Source: Lytechinus pictus
Taxonomy: Eukaryota
Direction of reading: 5' to 3'
Assembly: GCF_037042905.1 (NCBI RefSeq)
Contig: NC_087245.1
Location: 27,468,001 to 27,532,000 of the forward strand
Length of the DNA stretch: 64,000 nucleotides
This document shows positions 54,035 to 64,000 of the stretch, piece after piece. The position numbers and the translations under genes are program-made. Under the pieces are notes generated by a model. That model was not told the origin of the DNA. It saw only the letters and a list, made by a program, of their open reading frames with translations, and did not search any database. Position 1 is the stretch's first letter, and every line of letters begins with the position of its first letter.

Positions 54035-55525
54035 TGCTGTGGTAGAATTGTACATGAACTGTTGCAAAATGTAATTGACATAAAGAATTTGGGATCACAC
54101 AATTAAAAAAAGAAGAATGTTGCAATCATATACATTTTGTTCACGAGGTTTTCAGTGTTTTTTATTACAAATTAAATGGTTGGTTTATGCGTACATAATA
54201 GATGTAAAAATGATAATCGAAATGTGATGTCGGCTATACATCTAGGTTACAAATATTTTTCACTTTGAAATTAAGAGCCATCTCCAATTTGATTTGAATA
54301 AATTGATAAAACACAAACACAAAGCTGAAGAAAAATAATCAAAATTTGACGCAATATAAGAAAGTTAATACTTCGCTTAAGCAAAAGAAAGAGTGAGCAC
54401 ACACATGCTGTTACTCGAACTGTGCATATATAATCGTTTTGTAGTACTAGATTATAGACATTTTCCTACTTTACAACATTTTTTTAAATCTGATCATTAT
54501 TTTTGTTTGATTTCTCTTTATAAATTATTTTTAAAAATTGGGTCACATTTAATTAAAAAGGGACATTCTGTCCTAGTTACATTTGCACATAGACCATTTC
54601 AAATGCAATTGTCAGTTTGTCACCAATTTTGGCCCACGTGCATATGATGCATATATGACTACGTTGTAATAGTATTTATTTGTCTACATGTAGGTGTGCG
54701 AGGAAGGATGATGGTGCGTGTGTGTTTGTGAGGGTGTTTGCGTGTGTGTGTGTGAGTGATGTCATTTAAAAGGACGGATACAGAAAGAATAAAGGATAGG
54801 GATCGATTGTGTATATAACCATGATACCACATAAGATGCAAATCATTAACCGATGTCATGATAACATATTTGATTTGATTTTGATAGTATTCTATTTCTA
54901 CATTTCAATAACAAAAGTATGTACAATCATAATAATTTTTCAACGTTACATAACAATATTAAAGGAAACATTTTCCAATATAATGATAACATAATCATTA
55001 TTCTAATTTGAATATAAATTTTCTCTGTTTTGTTTATTGAAACATGAACTAGAAAACATAATAACATAATAAGCACAATATCGTCAATTGAAATGCGGTC
55101 AGGAGACTGCCATCTTAAAAGCATATCTAAAAGCATGATGTTAATAAGTCAAAAGATAACAATTGCCTTGTTTTTAATGTGAAGAGTGTATTAGTGTTTG
55201 TATACTGAATGACGGATGAATAATGATTTTTAAGCACATAGGAACTAAAGTAATTTGTCCCTGGTAAATTCAATTCCAAAGCTCATCCTTACCCGATTGA
55301 CCCCCCCCCCCTTAGTATTTTTTCTCTTCTGAATGAACGAAAATATGCTTTGAAATTATTAGACAGGCCATTGACCATCTGATGGTTTGGAAGTGAAAAA
55401 CATGAAATGGGATACCTATTGTTATCAAATAACATGGAAGAGGAATCAATCTCCCTGGTCTTGTCAGAACGATCATCATTTTCCAATTTTGCGGGAGCAG
55501 TGCATTGTTTGTAATTGCAAAACAG

Positions 55526-58185
55526 TTAATCATCCTGTTTGGTATAGTAAATAATTTCACCCAACTCACAGCTGACATCCCGAAGCCACGCCCTCCCTTC
55601 GTGCATAGTATTATGGATCATATCCCTCCATTGGCCCGCTGGAAGATACACATCACGTGATCGAGCATATTGATCTACAATAGGCGCCACCAGCATGTCA
55701 TCTCCGACGAGGAACTGTGAATCGATGGTGAAGGTTTCAGGATCGGTTGGCGCTATCCACCACAAAGGTCGAACTAGAGGCTTCCCTTCTTTGATATATT
55801 CCGTCTCGGCGAGTATGATCATCTTCGGGGTGATGACGTTCTCGTGAAAGCTTGTCCATCGAAGAGCAATGTCAACGATCTCAGTGTCGTTGTACTGCCA
55901 GGGAGAAATTGAATATTGCATAGCGGGGAGGAATGCATTTATCTGCAGCCATCGGACGTAGAGTTCACGATCAGGAAAGATCGAAAAGAAGGGATACCCA
56001 TTGCCTCCAATCATATCGGGTAAGACGTAAGAATAACCAAGCACACTGTATGTAAGGGCAGTAGTGACGAGTGTCTTTAGACCATTGTCCCAGCCCCAGT
56101 GGGAATCCTTGTCCATCATACGCAAGAATGTTGGCTGTCCCTGGTTCTCAAAGGATGACCTAACCTCTATCAGAGATCCTAGTTGTCCTGCGAGCTGAAC
56201 CCACTTTGTTGTGTACTCACAAGGGTTGATCAGAGGCTCCTTGGTGTGGTAACTGCCAAGATACTGTGTTTCACCTGCATCGAATTTGAAGGAATCAATA
56301 CCGTAATCTTCCTTTGCTTGCTCGAGCCTTCCAACAAACCAATCAACAGCTTCTGGGTTTGTGACATCGATCATCCCAGCTCGTGGTCCGTTCCACCAAA
56401 AGACTTCAGCAGTATTTCCATCAGAATCTTTCACCCAGTAGTCATTGTAGTCGCCAACTCTCCAGGCTTCTGTATCCTGGTTGGCGAATGGCGTGATCCA
56501 AAGAGTGACCCTGAAGCCGAGATCATGTAACTCATCTGTCATTCCTTTAGGATCAGGGAACTTCACGGGATCAAAAATAAAATCTCCAAAGTTTCTGTAA
56601 GAGTAACCATCATCTATCTCTATCTGGCTGTTGTTGAAACCGTTATCAATAATCTCATGTGCAAAAGCTAATACAGTATCATTAGTTATGAACTTTTTGT
56701 AACGAGCCCATGTAGACCAGACAGGTGATCTCATCATCCGGGTATCCGGCATACCGGATGGCTTCTTCACAAACCGCTTTGACATGTGCTCATGGACGGT
56801 TACGATATCTTTGGCGGTGCACACCTTATAATCCAAAATAGGTGGTTCATTGTTGGAATTGGGGTATGCTGTATAAGAGTCTTCATCGAGAGGATGCTGC
56901 CCTCTGAAGCAGATCATACCATCATTGCTTGCGTTGATGCTCACGTACAAAGGTGTGTTGTGGGACACCCTTACACCGACACCTTTCGAAGACACAAAGT
57001 ATCGCTCTACCAGAGAACCATACCAAGTCGGATTCCGATACATATTAGCCGAGCCAAAGATAGTCATAGGTTCGTTCCATTCGTTGATTGGCCAGTGTTG
57101 GTCGAAGATGGCCGCTCCACCGTACCAGTGAGCGTCGTCGAGATCGTAGCAGTCTTGTAGGATGATGTTCTTTGCTGAAGCTCTCCATTGGAAATCGTGG
57201 CAGGTAACATTCTCGTCTTCTTCGATGCGAACCTCCAATTTGGCAACCGAAGGCCATTCGAAGCATTCGACAACCTGTCAATAAACAACCCAGATATTTC
57301 CAACATTGTAGGCGTATTTTAGATCTTAACTAGGAATTGAGTGTGCATGTACATTCTAAGGCATATTTAAAAGGGCGCATCTACGCATTGTGGCACCCGT
57401 GTCAAACAATGAAGTTACATCCCCCGATCCCCCCTCGCCGAAGGAAAATATAATCCTATCCCTAATAAATCTACGGTAGGGTATACGTATTGATTGGAAA
57501 TGAGGAAAACTGGGGTAAAAACACATGGCTTGAAAATATCTTGATTTCCTTTTGAAGTTTTGACATTGGCCAAATATAGCTTGTCATGCTTTTTGCCAGG
57601 GACGGTGTTTAGAAAAAAAAACCAATAACCAATCAATCAACAATTTCACCATGCTACTTTTCAAAAAAAGATATAATCATGCGAAGGGAAAGGGGCACTT
57701 TACCTTAAATATTCTGAGAGGAAATGATAATGCAAAGGTGCAATGTGACCGAGTCTCACCGAGAAGTATAAACATTATTTTGTTGGTTGGAAATGTATTG
57801 GCGATTTTTATTAATATTATTTTATGTATATAAATTTTTTTTTGTTTTTTTTTTGGGGGGGGTAGCGAAACACCCTTATCATCATCACCAACATCATCAT
57901 CATCATCGTTATTATTATTATTATTTTTATAATTATTATTACCGAGTCTTCCTTCGTGCATTGTGTTTGTTGGGCATCACTGTCATCAAACATCACTCCG
58001 GCTTGCCCCTTTATCATCCTCACATCTTCAGTATTTTTGATCTCGACAACGTCGTCGTTGAAAACAAGTAGGTAGTCGCGTCGAGGGTCCTCCTTGTCGG
58101 GGATGAGAAGGCCACAGAGAACGGCTGCTAGGATCGCCACGGTCAGTATACCGACCTTAACACCTAGCATTATTCCCTTCGACAT
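55526..58185 (-). CDS. MYORG: MYORG/KIAA1161-type glycoside hydrolase family 31, type II membrane protein, 663 aa; exons complement(57943-58185, 55526-57274)
   Basis: N-terminal hydrophobic anchor (VGILTVAILAAVLCGLLI). Phase-0 intron joins ...CTKEDS to VVECFEWP.... GH31/MYORG motifs HWYGG, PVWSTWARY, EIDD, catalytic FKFDAGE and RMMDKDS, LPDMIGGN, RPLWW, QFLVGD...VAP, RDVYLPAG.W. Confidence 0.92.
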
Positions 58186-58225
58186 CTTTCAAGATTTCCA
58201 AAGGCGCCCTGCAGTTTAACAAATA

Positions 58226-59064
58226 ACTCTACATCAATAGCAATTCAATGTATGTAACAAAACAATAAATTAAAAACAGATATTATATACATTATAGAGT
58301 GAATCAGTAAGTATCATGGAATCATTACATCAAGTTATTCAGCGTATGACAATCAAAATTTTAATGATTTACAGGTTTTTATGCATGGTGGGACGTGCAT
58401 TTTTTTTATATCACAAGGAAGCGAATTTAATAAGACGACAGCAACATATTCAAAATATTTTCTTTTATAATCCGTCCTTGGGCAGGGTATTTGAAGGGAA
58501 CATTGTTCAGAATATCGTGTTTTATAAGTTACATTACGGTTGCAGATAAGTGGTTCCAGATAGGCTGGTGCTAAACCGTTTTGTATTTTGAAAGCAAGAA
58601 CACAACATTGATATTTGATTCGTTCCTCCACTGTTTGCCATTTGAGCGTAGATAAAAATTCATGGATTCATTTTACACTATACAGTATAATTCCTTGTAA
58701 ATGATAACAATAATATAAGCAGCAAATTTTAACGAAAATATCGGGCAATATCTGCAACACAAGTATCTCACAAAAACTTACCCAATATTTTGTATCCCTT
58801 TTCTGATTTAGGCCTGTTCACAACAAAACAATGATATCGTGATTAGCTCTCGCACACTTTTAATCGTTTAATCATGAGTACAAGACGTTTACGGGGACAA
58901 AGAGCACAAGTCAATAAGACCGTTTTATTTCAATTATTGATTTATTCTAAAGAGGTATAGATCAGTCCATGAGTGATTAAGATAAGACTGATTAGAAATA
59001 TTCATTGATTGTCAATGGTTGTTGCAGGTTATATGGGAGCGCTGCAGTATATTCAATTCAATCT
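58226..59064 (-). repeat. Putative MYORG 5' intron (with 5'-truncated L2-type LINE fragment ~58315-58665), non-coding exon ending at donor 58782 and promoter; duplicated at 19235-20155
   Basis: Acceptor CTGCAG near 58209-58214 (minus) just upstream of the ATG; donor TTGG|GTAAGT at 58782/58781; LINE C-terminal peptide FKIQNGLAPAYLEPL...YKTRY...NSLP. Confidence 0.7.
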
Positions 59065-59342
59065 TGTTTTATTGTACATAGTGCGAAATTTTGTTTTACC
59101 CACATTATTTGTACAATAAACATTCCTTTCACATCTACGTTAGATAAACTACATAGATTACGTGTATAAACTCTTTGTAATTATACTTACAGTGACAAAA
59201 GAAAACAAAAACATTAAAATGTAGATTTTTTAAACACTGGCGTAACAAGGATTTTTTCATACACGGGGGGGGGGGGGGCTATGTATATACTGACTTGAAA
59301 AGGGACCTCTTATGATTGTTTGCTTAAAATTGATTATATTCT

Positions 59343-59560
59343 GACCTGAAAACTTGAAATCTCAATCACTTTTTGTAAGCATGAACATGTCAGTGTAGGC
59401 AGTCTTTTGAAATAAACCGACCTGAAAACTTGAAATCTCAAGAACTTTTTGTAAGCACGAACATGTCAGTGTAGGCAGTCTTTTGAAATAAACCGACCTG
59501 AAAACTTGAAATCTCAAGAACTTTTTGTAAGCATGAAAATGTCAGTGTATGCAGTCTTTT
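59343..59560 (+). repeat. Three tandem 76-bp units inside a degenerate hAT-like element
   Basis: GACCTGAAAACTTGAAATCTCAA... at 59343, 59419 and 59495. Confidence 0.8.
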
Positions 59561-60597
59561 AAAATGAACTTTGAAAAAAAAATCTATGTACTTGGACATT
59601 TTCCGATCGGAAAACTGGACACTAGCACGCTTTGAAATCAAGAACAAGCTGTGTTTCATAAGGCGAGCGTGGAGTGGAAGCCTGAAAAACATTTATAAAT
59701 TGATTCAAAATGAATATGTTAAGCACTGTTAATACGTTTAGGGAAATTATAAAGTGGATATGGATGCACCATTTGTGCGAGCGCGAACTGAATTTTTCGG
59801 CGATTTAGACCTAAAAAACGGTGCATTTTTCAGTTCTAGCACCTTATTTGAAATCTTAAACAGGATGCATATTTATAACTAAACAATTAATGTAAATGCA
59901 AAGTATTGAAAATATTTGATAAGGGCCTATTCACCTGACAGGATTTCCAGGATTGATTAACTTTCTAATTTTACATCCAATTTTGAGTTTTGATTGTTTG
60001 ATTTTTCTCTAATGATTCCAATCAACAGTTTTCTGGTGTGGATTTGACTTTTAAAAATGCTTCGGGGGAGGGGTGGAAGCAAAGCTAGTTACTGATAACA
60101 TTTATCAAAACCAAAACTGATAAAGAAACTTATACTATCAAAATTTATCACATTTAAGAAATATTATTTCCCTTTATTTTCTGCTCATTAATCCTATCCA
60201 ATATTCTATGGCATATAGATTTTGTGACCTTTGAATTACGGCCTTTTCATTGCCTCATGCACTCTAAAAAAGATTGGGGTAAAATGCTCCGTGGGGGTAA
60301 TTATGTGTCCAACCAACATTGAGCGTTTCATTTTAATTCATATAGTGTGATTTGCCCATTCTAAAGTAATTACTGCTTATTTTTTTAACCTTACTGACTG
60401 GAAAATACTGCCCCAAATCGGTTTGACACATACTTACCCTCGTGCTGGTTTAAGTTTTACCCAATATTCAAACCCCTTATAAGATATTTTTTGGACACAT
60501 GCAATTGTCCAAGCACTGTCTCCAGATTTGCTCCCTCGCTTCGGTCTCTTTCACATTGATATGAATTGGTTACCAAACCCTCTTGTAGTAGTTTATG

Positions 60598-63500
60598 TCA
60601 ATTCTTCAATTCAATTCTTTTTATTTCATTTCCATTCAAAAAACATAATACAAAGTAATATAAAGTAATACAAATCAAGTACAATTTTACAGAAGGGCAT
60701 TCTTACTTCGTAAAAAACAAAACAGAAAAACAGTATAATATAGAGCATAAATGGAAATGAGGGGGATCCACTAAAAAGCAAAGCTTGTAAAGTGTGGATC
60801 CCCCTTGGAAATGAAAATAGTATAGTAGACTTATTCTGATATGCGTACATATATGTATTACAGGAAAGAAAAAGAGAACAAAAGAAATCATACGGATGCA
60901 AATATAATTACTAAACTAATGCAAAGCTTTTCACACAAAGAGGTCTTCGTAGTAAAGGATGTGTTGCGCAAGACAGAAGAAAGGAAAGGGGAAAAAACAG
61001 AAAGAGAGAGAGGGGATGACAAGACATAGAAGACAAGACAAAACAAAAGACAGGACAGTACAAGACAGGATAACTACTTTATAAAAGGAGGAAAACTAAG
61101 AATGGGAAAGGGCTGACCACGAACCAGCTTGATCTGGTGAAATGACAAAAGATGATATAACTGGACAATATCAGATGAAAAAAGATAAAACAATAAAAGT
61201 GAAAAATGTAATGATTAAAATCAAGATAATGAAGTGTTAGTTCCGTTGCGAAGAATTATAGGAATTAAGCAGGATAAGTTTGAGTTTATGTTTGAATGAA
61301 TTTAAGGAGACACTGTCTTTAATATTATTAGCTAGTGAGTTCCAGAATTTAGGACCGTTGAAAAGGAATGTATTTTTGGCCAGTAAAGTTCTGTAAAGTG
61401 GAATGTGAAGTTCGTCAGAGTGTCTCGTGGGGTAGTTATGATAAAATTGATTTTTAGGGAACATGGCATCAAAAATATGGGGAAGTGCATTATTATTATA
61501 ACTATACATGAAGTGCACTAACTGTAGTAAATACAGGTCTTTGACTTTCAACAGTTTACTTTCTAGAAAAAGTGGGTCCGTATGAGAACGGAAACATGTA
61601 CTATAAATAATACGAAGTGCTTTCTTTTGCAAAAGCAACAATTTGTCTAATAAGTATTGATGGGTATCACCCCAAATAAGAATCCCGTAGTTTAAATAAG
61701 GCAAGATTAAGGATGAGTAGAGCATGATTAGTGATGTGGAGGGAATGCAAAATTTTAGCCTATTAATAATACCTATATTTCGTGAAATTATTTTGGATAT
61801 ATTTTCAATATGATTTTTCCAAGAAAGTTTACTGTCAACTGTTATACCAAGAAATTTGGTGTAAGGTACCATTTGTAATGGGGTATTATCAAACATAATG
61901 TTCATCGGTAACTTGTCTATGGAATTACTAAATAACATGCATTTTTTTTTGTTAAGGTTCAAAGATAATCGATTGGCTCTTATCCATTCAGTAACATTAA
62001 TAAGTTCAGAATTGATAACATCAACTAAAGTTTGTGGATTCTGATGAGAAAAAAATAAGGTCGAATCATCTGCAAACAAGATAAGGGACAATATTTTGGA
62101 TGATCTACAGAAATCATTTATATAAATTCTGAAAAGAAGTGGGCCTAATAAGCTCCCCTGAGGGACTCCACAGTTAACATATTTTAAATTGGAGTTATGA
62201 TCTTTAACAAACACGTATTGTTGTCTGTTGAATAAGTAGCTCCTGAACCACTCCAAGGCCTTCCCTCGCACACCATAGTGAGACATTTTTTTAAGTAGGA
62301 TTTCATGATTGATGGTATCGAAGGCCTTGGAGTAGTCCAGGAAAATATCCACAAGGTGACTAGATTTATCTAGAGCATTAACTACTTTGTTGACAAAATT
62401 CATCAGGGCATGAGTGGTGTTGTGCTTTTCGCGAAACCCAAATTGAACATCAGATAAAATATTATGCATTGACAAAAAAATTTCGGTTCTAACGTATACT
62501 ATTCTTTCAAGGATCTTAGAGAATGTGGACAAAAGAGAGATAGGTCGGTAATTACCGGCATCCAACTTATCACCTTTTTTAAATAAAGGGATTACCTTGG
62601 CTATCTTCATTTGATTTGGAACTGTACCATTTTCTAAGGAAAGGTTGAATATGTGCACCAGTGGGGAAACAATAGAATTTATTACGGATTTTAAAATAAA
62701 ATTATTAATTTCATCAAAGTCAGGGCTTTTTTTATTTTTCAAACCAGATACGATATCAATAACTTCTTGAATATATGTTGGGGCAAAAAATATTGAATTT
62801 GTGTTAGGCGGGCCGAGATAGTCCGAAAAACTTTTCGTCGCGGGAGGAATATCTTTAGCCAGATTTGCGCCAATGAAAGAAAAATGGTTATTAAAAATAT
62901 TTGAAAGGTTGTCACCATCATCAACAATAACATTATTAAATCTATTTTTGGAAATACTTGATTTATTATTGGATAAATTCATGGTCTGTTTTAGAACTTT
63001 CCACGTGTTTTGCATGTCGTTTTTATATAGAGCCAACTGTCTCGCAAAGTAATTTTTCTTTTCAATGCGTAATATTTTAGTAAGTGTATTCTTATAAGAT
63101 GTGTATTTTATTTTTGATTGTTCTGTACCTTTCATTTTGAATTTATAAAATAAGTTATTTTTTCTATTAATCGAACGTAAGATAGATGGCGATATCCATG
63201 GTGACTTAGATATCGTTTTGTATGTATTACGCTTATCTTTTTTTAACGGTATATGCAGGTCTAATTTCTCATTAATTATATTCATAAAAAGGTTAAAGGA
63301 CGCATTAACATCTACAGAATTGTATACAACTGACCAGTCGACATTGTCCAAAGAAGCACCCAAACTGGCTGTATTTTCGTGCGTAGGTCTACGTCTTCGT
63401 TGTTGGGAGTGCATCGGTCTAGTTGGTCGTCTTAATGAAAAATGAGTTAGAATCGGGAAATGGTCCTATATGTCAGAAAGTATTATAGAAGAATCGGGAG

Positions 63501-64000
63501 GAGGAAGAATGTTGCAGAAAATATTGTCAATAAGTGTAGCAGTTTCATTAACTACACGAGTAGGTTTAGAAATCAGTGGCAAGAAGGAGGCCGAAAAAAA
63601 AGTTTCAAGAAAATCTTGAGATATATTGTTGTGTTTCAATAAATCAATGTTAAAATCACCAATAAATACTACATCCTTATTAACGAGAGCTGGATTATTT
63701 GTTGTTTCGGAAAGGTAAGTTAGAAAGTCATTCGTATTTGAGTTTGGGGGTCTATAAACTACACCAATGATCATATTTTTGCTACCAGGAATATTAATTT
63801 CAATAAATAGAGATTCTACCGTGGGGTTCATAGAGTTGAGATAATCACAAACCGTATACTCATAGTCATGTGAAATATAGAACGCTACCCCACCCCCAGG
63901 TCTGTCTTCTCGGTTATTCATTACGAAATCATATCCGCTTAGTGAAAATGGATGATTAGAATCACACGATATCCATGTCTCAGTGAGGCCAATTAAAGAA
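60598..64000 (-). mobile_element. L2/Crack/Daphne-type (CR1 group) LINE: ORF2 endonuclease + reverse transcriptase with one in-frame stop at 63466-63468, 3' UTR and short-repeat tail; 5' part lies beyond the window
   Basis: APE motifs (GGGVAFYI, GVVYRPP, GDFNID, PTR...TLIDNIF, SDI*DHFPI) are in frame with the RT ORF 61237-63414 (NYRPISLL, QFGFR, DYSKAFD, GVPQGSLLGP, FADD, KFLG). AATAAA at ~60620-60625 (minus) is followed by GAATT-like repeats. Confidence 0.92.

Overview
AT-rich, repeat-dense animal genomic DNA. The repeat content suggests a marine invertebrate, probably a sea urchin, but the species cannot be proven from the sequence. Three intact spliced genes were reconstructed by hand with GT-AG introns in consistent phase: (1) MPV17 on the minus strand (7 coding exons, 186 aa); (2) a full-length RIG-I-like receptor on the plus strand (15 exons, 980 aa, with two CARDs, a DECH helicase, Hel2i, pincer, Zn-binding CTD and an extra acidic tail), preceded by candidate NF-kB, CCAAT, TATA and ISRE-like motifs; (3) a MYORG-type GH31 glycosidase on the minus strand (2 coding exons, 663 aa), convergent with the RLR. 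An L2/Crack-type LINE with one nonsense codon runs off the right edge. The rest is dominated by non-autonomous transposons: six Helentron/DINE-like elements whose ~160-bp units carry chained nuclear-receptor sites, nested hAT MITEs with 8-bp TSDs, a Tc1/mariner hairpin MITE in an RLR intron, a 3.7-kb foldback element between the RLR and MYORG 3' ends, Harbinger- and Kolobok-like MITEs and tRNA-derived SINEs. A ~0.9-kb copy of the putative MYORG promoter/first exon sits without its coding region upstream of MPV17. No clearly new biological system is demonstrated; the best leads are listed as hypotheses.
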